Positions 39,426-53,190 of a stretch of DNA of 64,000 nucleotides are shown in pieces; within the stretch, counting starts at the first letter, position 1, and the number at the start of each line of letters is the position of its first letter. The stretch comes from Eledone cirrhosa. Its lineage: Eukaryota. The DNA lies in assembly GCA_964016885.1 (NCBI GenBank), contig OZ024740.1, forward strand, positions 179,428,001 through 179,492,000, written 5' to 3'. A program made the translations under genes and the position numbers. The notes beneath the pieces are model-generated. The model had not been told where the DNA came from and ran no database searches. It saw only the letters and a program-made list of their open reading frames with translations.

Positions 39426-40365
39426 TATAATCGAGTCCGCTTAAGAGTATATCGGATAAGAGTATACGCCGCTTAAGAGTATAGCATAATCAATTCCCGA
39501 ATTTATGTACTATGTTTTGTACAGTGCATGGGTCCGCTTAAGAGTATATCGGATAAGAGTATAGTTCGCATAAGAGTATAGCATAATCAATTCCCGTTTA
39601 TATATTTTCTATATAATTTAGTCCGAATAAGAGTATAATGAATACGGTAAAGTAAATTGGGTTTATAATGTAACGTAGCCATTTTAAAACAATTCAAAAT
39701 GAAATGCGATGATGTCATTTATACAACCATTCTAAAAGGAATTTAAAGTTTAATATATGCAAATACAAAAATAATTCATTGTGTCATAAAAATGTCTTTG
39801 AACGCTCTGCTTTATTCATTACTCAAACAATATCCATTACTCAAAGGTTAGTATGTATTATTTTTATATTTATAATATGAATGTGCATAGGTACCTAACA
39901 TAACTTTAATCATTTATCAATATTTTAGATCTCTGGAAAAGAAGGAATAAATAATGCCCTGTTGACTGTACGGCGCTATATGATGCAATCGTTTGAAAAT
40001 TTTGAAAATTATACTCCGTCTGAAATCGAAGGAATTGATTGAATAGAAAATTGCGAGCAATCGAGTGTAAAAGAGCATTTTCGACTATTTTTAGGAAATA
40101 AAAATTGCATACCAATATATTGAAATATTGCTTAATTTATCTATAATTTGCAATAATTCTTGTTGAATTCTTCTGGTGTAACTTTCATTTTCTTTTACTT
40201 ATAAATGCATTTTAAACGATAATAAAGCGATTTTTAATCATTGAAAGACTCAAAATAATAATACTATGGAATATTTTTACTTAGTCTGGATAAGAATATA
40301 GTTCGGTTAAGAGTATACTATTTTCCATTGCCGAGGGTATACCCTTAAGCGGACTTATACTATTG
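39426..40365. mobile_element. MITE / non-autonomous TIR DNA transposon inserted at TA in Helitron A
   Basis: AGTCCGCTTAAGAGTATA (39434-39451) is inverted at 40338-40355 (1 mismatch); multiple subterminal TAAGAGTATA repeats; Helitron coding sequence is contiguous across it. Confidence 0.8.
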
Positions 40366-40479
40366 TATAATTGAAAATAGGTGGATTGTACCTTAAAATC
40401 CATTACTTTTGAAAGTATTTAAAGGCCATATCAATGTGGAACTTTGCTCCTCTGTTCAAGCTATAGTATATATATATAT

Positions 40480-40649
40480 AATTGTTTCTACTTTTGGCAC
40501 AAGGCCAGCAAATACCGAGTACATTACTGGTACTTTATTTTATCGACCCCGTAAGGATGAAAGGCAAAGTGAACCTCGACGGGATTTGAACTCAGACCGT
40601 AAAGGGACGTAACTATGCTGGAAAGCATGGCGTCCGACTCTCTACCGAT
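40480..40649 (-). mobile_element. SINE family A
   Basis: Reverse complement similarity to 1251-1437. Confidence 0.9.
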
Positions 40650-41235
40650 ATATAATGAAGTACTTTAATAAAAGTAGCGATGCTGCTGTTCAAAGAATCT
40701 ATACCACAATAAAGGGAGGGGTGCGGGACAGCGTCCGTTTTATATTTTTAATCCCGTTAGTACAATAAGTTGGATTACTTTGAATAGATAATGAATGACT
40801 ATTACATAATTTATGTGCTAAATTTCGTAACTCTTGATGAAATATTAATAAATTTATTGCTTATTTAAAATTCAATTATTTAACATTTTAAAATTTCAAC
40901 ACTTCCGGTATATCGCCACCACCACTTCAGCTACCATATATATGTGTGTGTGTGTGTGTATATGCATTTTTTCTTCTAACTTTAATTCTATACCTAATTG
41001 TGTATGGTTGACGATATATTTAATCGATTTCCACGTGCTATTGAAATGATGGGTAAATATTCTATGGCTGTTGACAGCGAATAGATAGCTATCGTTTATT
41101 TATCTATTATTTCTTCACAGGTGCCTTTTAATCTTATAGCCTGGTTTAATTGGTTTTTTATGTGTTTGAATATGCTAATTGGGAGAGGAAATTGAGTATA
41201 TATTTTATCAAATGATTCTAAGGACATCATTTATA

Positions 41236-41331
<96 letters not shown>

Positions 41332-41352
41332 TATATATAGAGAGAGAGAGAA

Positions 41353-41392
<40 letters not shown>

Positions 41393-41446
41393 TGAGAGAG
41401 AGAGAGAGAGAGAGAAAAGAGAGTTATACAGATAGAATGACTATGT

Positions 41447-41491
<45 letters not shown>

Positions 41492-41496
<5 letters not shown>

Positions 41497-42069
41497 TAAA
41501 TTAGCGAGAATCGGACTTCGGCTAGTGGAAACTAGTGAAAAACAACTTCCGAATTGTGTGGCAAGCGCTCAATAGATACGAGTGTAGTAGAGCAATAAAA
41601 GCCAAAAAGCTAGCAAGCTATTCTGGTCAAACAAATAATGAAATATGATTGAAAAATTTACCCGGGCCATCGGAAATGGTGGTAAAATCCAGTATAGGGT
41701 TTCTGCAACTCCTAAATCAAGTACTGTCTGCTTAAACAAATCATGCTAAGCTTTTCGTATGGTGATCGAACAAGGATGTCACTTTTTCAACATGTATTTT
41801 GTTCTGTGCAAAGCTACGGATCTCGCCGTAATCTGAACGGACGTGCGGATTGAAAAGGGAGAGAACCCCTAGTTTTGGCGGATGAATTTAGTATGTGTGA
41901 TTATTGCAATATTGCAAAATATCGCAAAACGAATTAAGCTCTGACAGAATAGTTTTAAAAAATAAACATAAGCTATTAATTAGTCAATAGAATTAACTAA
42001 AAAAAATTAAAAAAATTAACTGGTTAATAGCTAGACTCTGGAGATTAATACAAATATAAATTAGCGCGA

Positions 42070-42072
<3 letters not shown>
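41492..42072. mobile_element. Second member (560-bp unit + 21-bp terminal repeat) of the unclassified family at 21479-22352
   Basis: Colinear conserved blocks; AAATATAAATTAGCG(A/C)GAATC at both ends; (TA)n flanks. Confidence 0.85.
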
Positions 42073-42126
<54 letters not shown>

Positions 42127-42134
<8 letters not shown>

Positions 42135-42499
42135 TAAGAGGAATTCCAACTTTGTCTGATTTACTCGTTTTATTTACAATCCTTTAAAATATATATAATG
42201 GTATTATAATGAAATAGTATGATAGAATATTAAATTCTAAGTGTTAATTGAACAAGTACTTTCATGCTTTCGCAATCTTCAGGTTCATGATATGTGGTGA
42301 CAGTCGAGTTTGCAATTTTCGACTGTCACCACATATCATGAACCTGAAGATTGCGAAAGCATGAAAGTACTTGTTCAATTAACACTTAGAATTTAATATT
42401 CTATCATACTATTTCATTATAATACCATTATATATATTTTAAAGGATTGTAAATAAAACGAGTAAATCAGACAAAGTTGGAATTCCTCTTATTAATATA
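42127..42499. repeat. Perfect palindrome: 181-bp arms, 11-nt spacer
   Basis: 42127-42307 is the reverse complement of 42319-42499; I saw no mismatch by eye. Confidence 0.95.
42339..42377 (+). ncRNA. Minimal type I hammerhead ribozyme; mirror copy at 42249-42287 (-)
   Basis: UGAAC CUGAAGA U UGC GAAA GCA U GAAA GUAC UU^ GUUCA; GNRA-capped stem II, palindromic AAGUACUU stem III. Confidence 0.8.
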
Positions 42500-42553
42500 A
42501 TCTTCTATACACAATCATACACACCCGTGTATATTTACCTATCTATATCTATC

Positions 42554-42586
<33 letters not shown>

Positions 42587-42611
42587 AGAGAGTAGAGTAG
42601 AGAGAGAGAGA

Positions 42612-42704
<93 letters not shown>

Positions 42705-42867
42705 GAGAAATATGGAGTGATTTTGATTTTTTCAACACGTTCATGTGTATGTGTGTGCGTGTGTGTATGTGCATATACACACATTTATATTTATGAGTAT
42801 ATATCCGGTATAAAAGTTTTGTGTATAAAATTGGGTGTTAGCACAGCGTGTACTGTTGTATGTATAA

Positions 42868-43053
42868 TAATTGTTTCTACTTTTGGCACAAGGCCAGCAA
42901 TTATCCCAGTGTATCACTGATACTTTATTTTATCGATCCCGTAAGGATAGAAGGCAAAGTTAACCTCGGCGGGGTTTGAACTCAGACCAAAAAGGGCCGT
43001 AACTCTTTGCTGCAAAGCATAGTGTCCAACCCTCTGCCGATACTGCCAATCCA
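42868..43053 (-). mobile_element. SINE family A
   Basis: Reverse complement similarity to 1251-1437. Confidence 0.9.
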
Positions 43054-43234
43054 TGTATAATAATGAAAATGATTGTGTACAGCGCTCAGGTGCATTATAA
43101 CTGTTGTTCTTTGATTTTATAAAATCGCTATCAACTACCATATATATAGACAAATCGAGAAAGAAAGAGAGCGAGATTTTGTGAGTGAGTATATGAAGAG
43201 AGAAATGCAGATAGATACAGTGACTATATGACAG

Positions 43235-43264
<30 letters not shown>

Positions 43265-43265
<1 letters not shown>

Positions 43266-46200
43266 ACCAACAACAATTGGCAACAGATACACCAAACGTT
43301 CAGGGAGGAAGAAACAGGTCAATTGAAGGTCTGGCAAAGAATCCTACATATGAACTTTTCAAAGAGCAAACTGTCATTTCCATAATTCCACAATATAATG
43401 CATGCAGGGAGTCTCTTTGCCTCTGTTTGTGCGCACTGCAAAGCTTATCGCTGTCCACATGAAACGAAATCTCTGTGCTGATTCCAGGGAAAGTGAAACT
43501 TCCCCCAAGGAAACCATGATACGAGCTGAAAAGTATGAGGGTTTGTATGATGCTGTGGCTGAAGGAGATTCAGTAAATGCAAGTCAGATAATAGTTCTTC
43601 CTCCTTCAATCTATGGTTCCCCTTGCTTCCATAGTGAGTGCTTCAAGAATTCAATGACTGTGTTTCGACACATGAGAAAGCCATCTTATGTCATCACTGT
43701 AACATCTATCCCTAAATAGTTTGTACCCTGGGTCAGATTCTAGGGATCGTCCCGATATTTGTGCAAGAGTCTTCAAGATTAAGTATGACAGCCAAATGGT
43801 TGACATACTGAAAGCAAATGTCCTAGGAAAAGTTGTGGTTCATTCTGCTATAATATAGTGACAGAAACGAGGCCTCACTCATGCTCATATTCTGCTGATA
43901 ATGGCTGAAGATGGCAAGCCCCGAACTGCTGATGCCATTGATCAGGTAGTGCACTGTGAAATTCCTGATAAAGAGACCAATCCAATTCTGCATAAGATCA
44001 TCACATCCTGCAACATTCATGACCCATGTGGACAAGCTAATATGATGTGTTCATGTATGGAAGGGCTAGGACAACAACACCATTGCTCTAAATCTTATCC
44101 TAAGGTAATCAGATAAACCACATTTGTTGCCGAAAATTCCTTTCCAGAGTATAGAGGAAGGGATAGACAGAATAGTGGTCACACCCATACAATGCAACTT
44201 AAAGGTCCAGTATTTACTGTTGATAATCATTGGATTGTTCCATACAACTCTTTCCTCTCAATGAGATTCCAGTGCCACACCAATTGTGAGGTTGTCCACA
44301 GTGTCAAGGCTGTTAAGAACTTGTGTCCATGCGCAAATGAGATTGAGACCTATATCAATGCACGGTACATCTCAGCCAGTGAAACATTCTGGAGAATCTA
44401 TAAATTTCCGTTACATCATCGGAAACCGCCAGTTGAAAAGTGGCCTTTCCATTTACCTGAGAAACAAATAGTCGTGTATGAGCGAGGGCAGGAAGAAAGT
44501 GTTGTTTCTAGGGAACAGCCAATGACTAAGTTGACGGAATATTTTCCACTGAATATTAGAGACCCAGTTGCTCAAAACATATTGTATATTGATATTCCTA
44601 AATATTTCACTTGGACAAACAAAAAGTGGCAAAGAAGAAAAAAGGGACATCTGGATGGTGATCAACAATTTATGAGTGAATCTCTCAATAGACACCAATC
44701 TGAATTATATTATCTCAGGATGATCCTACATCACAAGCCTGGGTCAACTTAATACAAAGATTTGAGGAGAATTGAAGGGATTGAATTTCCCCCATTCCAA
44801 GAAGCATGCAGGAAACTTGGTCTGTTGGATGAGGATGGAGGAAAAGACTAAGCTATGGAAGAGGACTCGTCCATTACGCTTGGTCCTCAGCTACGAGAGA
44901 TCTTCTGCACCATTTTATTGTACTGCATGCCAAATGACCCTCTGCAGGTCTGGGAGAAATTGAAGAATTGTCTTGCAGAGGATACCATGCATGAACGTCA
45001 TGAACAAGTCATGTCCATGCAAACCGTGCAGATTGTTATACAGAAGATCAAACAAAGACTTCAACATTATGGCTTGGACATTCATGCCAACTGTGGATTT
45101 CCGCGGCCAGACCCAACTATTGTTGACATACCAGAAATCAACAGGATTCTTATGGTAGAAACTGATTTCGTCACACACCAACTGCAAGCAAACATAAATG
45201 AACTTCTGCTAACATTGAATACTGAGCAACTGGTTATATTTCACAAGGTAATCACCTCTGTAAATGAAAATGAAGGTAGAATTTTCTGCATGAATGCAAG
45301 TGCAGGCACAGGAAAGACCTATGTCATCAACCTCATATTGGATTACTTCCGATCTAAAGGTAAATTGCACTTGCCACTGCCATATCTAGAATAGCAGCTA
45401 ATTTGCTTCACAAGGGTCTAACTTTTCATTGCAAGGGCAAGATTCCTCTCAACGTGGGTGTTGAATCAACTTCTTCACTAAGCGGGATGCCACAGGTAAA
45501 CTTATGCAGCAATCTGACCTGCTAATCATTGATGAGATATGTATGCGACATAAGCAGATCTTCGAATGCCTTGACAGGATCTTCAAAGATGTTAACGGTT
45601 GCAAAGAGCAATTTAGTGGTCGAACAGTATTACTATCTGGTAAATTCTTGCAGTTGTACGTTATGGTGTTAGACAATAAATAGTTGAGGCAATCATCAAG
45701 AAATCTTATCTCTGGGACTATGTGGAAACCATGGAGATGACAACCAATCAATGGTTAATTAATGCAGAGGATTCTGATGAAAGGCAGTTTGCAAACTACC
45801 TTCTTGATGTGGGAAATGGTAAAATTCCAATTCTACCAACTGTAGGTGTATTCACAATTCTTCTGCCAAATGAACTTTGTCTGGCATATGGTAATGTGTC
45901 TGGACTGTGTGATTTTGTGTATACACATCTTCCTGGAAACTACACAAACCCACTATTGCTTGCAAATGGAGCCATTATCATTCCAACAAATGATATTTAA
46001 CAAGTTCCCTGGTGATGGAATAATCTACAGAAGCTTCCATACCGTTGATAATGAACTGCAATATCCAATTGAGTTCATCAACAAACTTACCCCATCAGGC
46101 TTCCCAACACACATACTTAAACTGAAGAAAGGGAGTTGCATCATGCTTTTGATAAATGTGGATCCTCTAAACGGGCATTGCAATGGTACCCGCTACATCA

Positions 46201-46526
46201 TCATCAGTTTACATAATCATGTAATTGAAGCTGAAATGGCATTGGGTCCCAATTCTGGAACAAGGTTGCCAATCTCAAGGATACATTTTCCGTCAACAGT
46301 TTCATCACTTTTCCATCTCCATTATCGCCTTTTTTTAAAAATGTATCATGGATTGCTTTACTGATTACAAAAGTTAGTGTAACACAGTCTTTTTTCAGTT
46401 TATGTGCACATTGTCAATTTACTTTTCAATTTACGCATCATATCTATATGCATATATATTTGCGTATATCAATATGAGCACTGTAGATGCTAGCAGAAAA
46501 CCGTCCCGGGGCGGTTACTCTGCTAG
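43265..46526 (+). mobile_element. Degraded Helitron B (Rep + Pif1-type helicase) nested in Helitron A
   Basis: IVLPPSIYGSP, QKRGLTHAHILL (HUH), DNHWIVPYN, ARYISASETFWRI, Walker A ASAGTGKT, LIIDEI, LKLKKG..MLLINVDPLNGHCNGTR; 3' hairpin and CTAG|T at 46523-46527. Confidence 0.92.
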
Positions 46527-47527
46527 TACGGAATAATGACCAATATAATGAAGTCAATGAGTGTGTAACAGGATTTTATCTCAATAGTAATGAGACAGCA
46601 TGGTAAATCCTTCAATTTAATATTCACATGCGATACCCAGCAGTTCAACAATTAGATATACATTTAGAAAATGGCCAAGGAGTGTACTTTACCAGTAATA
46701 ATGTTGAAAGTAGAATTATAAATCCCCTAAATAAAACTTTAATTTCGTTCTTCATTGAACGAAATTGACGAATATGCAAGCAGTTTCTTATATGAGGACA
46801 TACCATCTCATTGTACCCTTACTTCCAAAAAAACATAGAAAGGAAGATTTGTACAAACATGTTCTAGAATTTACACTGTACCACCTAATCAAACATAATG
46901 CTATTGTCTCAGTTTATTGCTGAACGTAGTTTATTGCTGAATGTAGTTAGATGTCAAAAAATGTTTCAGAGCCGTAAAAGCAAATAAAATATTTAGAGAA
47001 GCTTATTTTGGCAAGGGATTGTTAGAAGAAGACAATCATCTAAATCTAGCACTTAGAGAAACTGTTTCTTCCAAACTGCCATGCCAAGTGAGATACTTAT
47101 TTGCAATAATTCTAATTCATTGCAAACCTCCTTATCCTGTAGTGTTATATGAAGAACGTAATCAACCAATGTCAGCTGATATTCTAAATAGATTGACAAA
47201 CAATCAGCAAGAGAAAATATATGATGAAGAAATATTATACAATGAACTTTTACACAGACTTAAAGCTCTTTAATATGAAATAGGACAAAGGGCTTTGATT
47301 GAAATAGGACTACATGAACCAACTTATGAAGAACTATAACATTGAACCAACTATGAAGAACTATAACATTGAAAGAGTAAATGAACACTTAGAACACTTA
47401 GAAACTTTGTGAATGAAGAGCAAAGACTTATTTACACCATAATCAATGATTCAATAACTAATAGAAATGAACAAACATCATACTCTTTAGATGCTCCATG
47501 TGGAAATGGAAATATATTTTTGATTAA

Positions 47528-47692
47528 TAATTGTTTCTACTTTTGGCACAAGGCCAGCAATTACCCAGTGCATTACTGGTACTTTATTTCATCGACCCCC
47601 CGTGAGGATGAAAGGCAAAGTTAACCTCGGCGGGATTTGAACTCAGAATGGCAAGGACCGTAACTCTATACGTCAAATCATGGCGTCCGACC
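47528..47692 (-). mobile_element. SINE family A
   Basis: Reverse complement similarity to 1251-1437. Confidence 0.9.
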
Positions 47693-47759
47693 AATAATAA
47701 TGTTTTACTAGGAAACAATAAAACGAATGGTTATATTAGTATAGACATTGCTTTATCTA

Positions 47760-48207
47760 CACATTTCAGAGATGTGCCGGATACAGGTTTGAGTGTTCCC
47801 TTTTGATTTAAGCTTATATATTCTATTCTGTTTGAGTTAACATGGAATCATACCTTTGGCTGAATGTGCAATAGAAGGGTTTGCACTTAACGAATTAGAT
47901 CGGAGAGTAGCACTAAATCATCCGTATAACCTGCATCTCAGATTTGATGGCTGGATATCTATTACTTGCTCGTGGATTTAGTGCGAATCAACAGAAGTTC
48001 TGAGAACGTAAACCAATCAAATGATGAAGATATAGTGTACTAATGTGTCACCCTCTACAACATCTGCAACAATTTCAAAGAAATTCGCACCACTGTCTGG
48101 AAATCGTAGCATAATGGATTTCACTGTTTCCTTTGGAATGTCATAGGCAAGTAGTATTTCTTCTGATTCTCCTCTTTGAATTGAATAGAATGCTTTGGGG
48201 AATTCTA
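47760..48207 (-). mobile_element. RTE-like LINE RT fragment
   Basis: VEFPKAFYSIQRG..EILLAYDIPKETV..FEIVADVVEGDTL (RT motifs 3-4, degenerate). Confidence 0.7.
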
Positions 48208-48260
48208 CATACATACACACATACATACACACATACATACATTCATACATACATACATAC

Positions 48261-51179
48261 AACACGTGCTACAGGTGACCATGCTACTAGACTTCCTAGC
48301 AGCCAGGTCGAACAACTATGCCTGTAAGAAACTTGACACCACCTGTACCATCTAAGTCTACCTCGAATGGTGGGGAAAACACTATCGATAATAATAATAA
48401 TCGAAGAAATAATAATAATAATCGATGAAATTTGACACCACATGTACCATCCGAGTCTACCTCGACTGTTGTGGAAAATAATATCGATAATGATAATAAT
48501 CAAAAGTATAAACAATTGAAAGTTTTCCCCAACGAAATCTTCCAGAGAGAAATTAATTCATGTATAAATATCTCTCTTGCTGAACGTATTAAAACGACAA
48601 TGTTTAATAAAAACCAAATAATGAAATATAACGTGTTATTGACGAAATAGGGAATGAATATTTACGACGGATAAAACCCCCAACATTTTGGCAAATCAAC
48701 GCCTGTTTATATGCCTTAGCAACGATATTGAAGCATTATCTTGGTGATAGCAGAGGTATTAACAAGAACAGAACACCACCAAAAATACCATCATGTATAA
48801 CTAAACTAGAAAAATAGATTGCTGACCTTCAAAAAACCATAGAATATGTGACAATGTTCCTTACATGCAAACAAACACAAAAAAACCTCACTCCTCACCA
48901 ACAAAGAGTGAAACATAAAATAGAGACGATGTTTGGTAACAGTAGAACCAGAATTCTTCAATATAAGCTGATCACCCTCAAACAAGAATTGAGAGCTGTT
49001 AGCGAAAAACGCCGATACCTGAAGAAGGTCGATGAGAGAAAACTGCGTTGTCGGAGGTGAGACAACTTAGGAGGAATATGGCTACAGTCTGGCTGCACTA
49101 CAGGAAAGCTTTCGAATCTGTTCCCCACTCGTGGATGATAGAGGCCCTCCAACTTGCTAAAGTCCCAGACATTATTGTCAGAGCTATAGAGAGGCTGTCT
49201 TCCTCTTGGGCTACTATCTTAAGGTTAAAGACAGAGAGGGAGGACTCTATTTTCACTGATAAAATAAAATATCGCAGAGGTATATTTCAGGGAGACAGTC
49301 TCTCTGTGATATTATTCATCTTGTCATTAAACCCCTTGTCCTTTCTGCTCAAGAAGTCTGAGGGATACATCATTGGCTCACAGGAGAACAGAAGTATGAA
49401 CCTTACCCATAATTTCTTTGTGGACGACCTGAAACTCTATCCCAAGAACATGGATAGGATGAAGAAAAATCTTGACCTGATTACAACTTTCTCAAAGGAT
49501 ATAGGAGTTTGGCGAAGATAAATGCTCATATATGACTGTAAAGCGGGGAAAAGCAACAACCCAATCTAGCAACATTGTCATCAATGGCCTAACTTTTTCA
49601 TCGATATCTGATGAGGACTGCTACAGATACCTGGGGATAGATGAGAACATATCCTGTAATGGTATCTGTAATACGGAACGCATAACCAGGAAATACTACA
49701 CCCCGATTAAGAAAGATTTGGTCATCGGAACTCTCTGCGCAAAACAAAACAGCGGCTCACAATGTGTTTGCTGTGCCGGTCCTAACACCAACGTTTGTAA
49801 TAACAATTGAACGATAGACGAAATCCGAGCAGTTGATGTTGTTACTCGAAAAATACTAAACAACACCGGAGACTTCCACACAACAGTGACATAGACCGAC
49901 TTTACTTGAAACGTAAGCAGGGAGGCAGAGGCCTAACATCAGTCCAGACAGCATTTAAATGTCGCATCATATCTCTCCGACAGCATCTACGAACCTCGAA
50001 GCGTAGGAGCCCGTCTATTGAGCAAGTCTATCTGCATGAAAGAGATGAGATCATGAGAGTAGGGAAGGAACGCGTCCAGAGATATTCCCTGTGTGATAAT
50101 CAAAAAACTTACACCCAGGGAAGTCGCTCAACAGTATCCCAGTGAATCCATGGATGAAAAACTGCATGCCTATCAACAAACAATAATGCATGGATATGTG
50201 GCCAGGAAGCTCCAGAGTGAGAGTAATATACATAAGGAAAGTAGTCTGTCTTGGACCAACAACCGCTATATTGGCTCCCACTTTGAAGGATACGCTTTTG
50301 CAATCCAAGAACAGGAGATTAACACGAAATACCTGATTTACAAATGAGAGAGGGATGCATAAAAACCTAGATGTGATAATAAGTGCAGACTCTGCAGAAC
50401 TAACATCGAGGATATCACCCATGTTATGCGCAGCTGTCCAAAGATGTCATCGACATACTATCTACCTATGAGGCATGATGGATGTAGTGGCCAAAACACT
50501 GTACAATGCAGTTCGTAAAAAAGATAGCCCCGATAATAAACACAGTATAAGCTACAGCAATGTGTAAGACATCCATGTAGATAATATAAAAGAGTACTGA
50601 TGGAATGTTCCAATAAAAACCCCAATAAAATGCAGGCATGACAGACCAGATATTATGTTATGGGGCAGGGAGAAGAAAGCATGCACAGTAGTGGAAATTA
50701 GCTGCCCAGCAGATGCCAATATAATATCAAAGATTAGTGAGAAGGAGAATATTTATGCAGAACTGATGAGAAATCTGCAGATACCCCACCCTGATTACAC
50801 CTTCAGATTATGTGTGTGATTATTGGGGCACTGGGTTATGTTAGTAACTGCCTCAATACAAATCTTGAGAAGCTAGGCTTCACAGGAACAGAAAGAAGAC
50901 AACTAGTTAGGAAACTACAAGTACAATCCATTAATGGAACAGTAAAAAATGTAAAACATTCCAAACATTTTACAGATACAAAGCATATACACATGCACAC
51001 ATACAACTCAAAACATCCACATCCACACATACAATGACATCCATATCTACACATGCAGGCATGCATACATAATCTACCTAGTTGATGTTTATAAATTCCA
51101 AAGAGAGAGTCTAGTGTCTATGTTAGAAACCGACTCTCTCTCTATTGGGAAAAAATTGTGAAATTATAAAACCAGAAGA

Positions 51180-51180
<1 letters not shown>
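48261..51180 (+). mobile_element. Internally deleted R4/Dong-like non-LTR retrotransposon (RT + CCHC + RLE)
   Basis: VWLHYRKAFESVPHSW, GIFQGDSLS, FVDDLKLY, YRYLGI, KRKQGGRGL, CRLC....EDITHVMRSC, RPD..VVEISCP; frameshifts and stops. Confidence 0.9.
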
Positions 51181-51234
<54 letters not shown>

Positions 51235-53190
51235 CACGTATGGACTCACATGCACACACGCGTATAAATAGCCTATACTGAGTAAATATGTATATATATC
51301 TTAAAGAAACATTAGAAATGCCAAATATATGTATTTTCGTGTGAATAGCTTTTATCTCGTGGAAACACACACACACACACACATATATATATGTGTGTCT
51401 CTGTGTGTGTGTAACGTTATAGAATTTTAAAAAATGTACGTGAATAGAAATGCCGACCTACATGCGTGCACACACGTACAAATAAATATGCGTCTGTGTG
51501 TGATAATTTCAATGAGAGGTAGTAAGTATGTATGATATATATATATATTTGATAATTATAAACTTCGAGATTCATGATTAAAATAGAACAAACATAAAAA
51601 CCTAATATTGTTTACAACATGAAAATGCATCTTCCTAGAGCTCTCTCTGAAGGTGTTGCTATACTATTTTATAAAATGATAGAATGTTAAATACCTGCTT
51701 TTTGACGTTGCAGATATAGATGGAAATTTTATTCTGATGAGGATGGGAATATAGATAATTAGAAAAAATAACATATACTCAGTAATATACATAAATACCT
51801 AGATTCACATAGATTACTTTTCAAGCAAAGCAAATGCATAATTTTAATATAATTATCTTCCTATATTTCTCTGCATATATTTTGTTTTCTTCTCAGTAAC
51901 TTTCTAAATTGACAGGAGGGTGTTTATTTATCTATTATCCAGAATTATCAAAATTTGAAGAATAGAAATTTCATGCGAGAACCCACAGCAAATTTTGAAA
52001 GTTTATTCCAAAATAAAGTAACATGGCGATATGTTTAGCCTATGTCTGTTTGTTTCACATGGATGCGAATATAAAAAGCAGTTCAGATGGCTTGTTTACT
52101 TCAAATAACCTTACCGTGATCTTTAAAACTAGAATTTATGTGTTCCATACACTCAAGGAGTCCTTATAAAAATATCAGAATAATTGTTAAAAGGCTAATT
52201 GGATATATATATATATAGGAGAAAGGATGAATGAGGATTGGTTTATTAGTGGAGAATTGAAGAGAAATCACGTAGTGCTCTGCTAACATGGCAAACCAGA
52301 ATACGAGAGCTCAATAGAAAACTTCAAATATAAATTGAATCTGGGGAGAGAATAGATACGATGCTCAGGCAGATAAAGTGGGCACACATATAACTGAATG
52401 TATGTCTAAAATCAATAGAATGATTGGAATAACAACAAACCTGCAATATAGCGACTAGGGATAATATAAGGATGCATCTGAACAAACACAAAATGATACA
52501 TAGATAGAATGCTTCCATAGAATGCAAAACATTAATCGAATAACTACGTATTGACGGGAGAGAGATCGAATAAAAAGAAAATAGGACGCACTCACAAAAT
52601 CTTGTGGGAGAAAAAAGACACAAAAGACACATACATGCAGTGATAAACATACATATTTACCAAACACAGAAGCAGTCAAAGACACGCACACAAACAGAGT
52701 CAGACACAGACACAAATGATCACGCGAGCACATACCATATACACACCTCAAAATTGTATGTAGTAAATAGAACAATGTCCAGACCAGGTGTAGACACAGT
52801 GAGCAAGAATAATCATCGAGAAGGTCAAAGGATGTGTAAATTAATCGACGAATGGACTAGTTACTCAATTAACTGAAGTGAATCTGTAGTGTGCGTGTGT
52901 TTTTAAACACTATTCACATATAACAATATCGTTTTAACACATGATTTCACATCAGAAATCTTGCAAACAAATAGTAGATTAAATGAATATTTCTTTGATT
53001 AGTTTACGTGAATCAAGAATATAGAATCATAACACCAACAATCCAAAGTAAAATGTGAAAAATTCTCTTTGTAAGGTTACTCAGTTAATTTGATGTAGAT
53101 ATTTTGTATCTAGATAAGTAGCAGGACTCCATAGTTATCTTATAAAAGAAATCAATACAAATGTATTCAACATTCTGATTATATCTTTAA

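Larger units (their letters stand above)
37572..47525 (+). mobile_element. Degraded Helitron A (Rep/helicase), split by nested insertions
   Basis: Zn-finger CKHC..F..E....CC..GKV (~37930-38000), VILPSTFVGS, LITFTFNPKW, VEWQKRGLPHVH (HUH, ~39120-39160), NRWIVP..HINVELCSS (40376-40462); resumes at 46530 (RYPAVQQLDIHLENGQ..LDAPCGNGN). Confidence 0.88.

Noticed and set aside
48261-48330. Possible HDV ribozyme at the 5' end of the R4-like LINE
   Set aside because: P2 and P3 candidates exist but P1 and P1.1 cannot be placed in the right order
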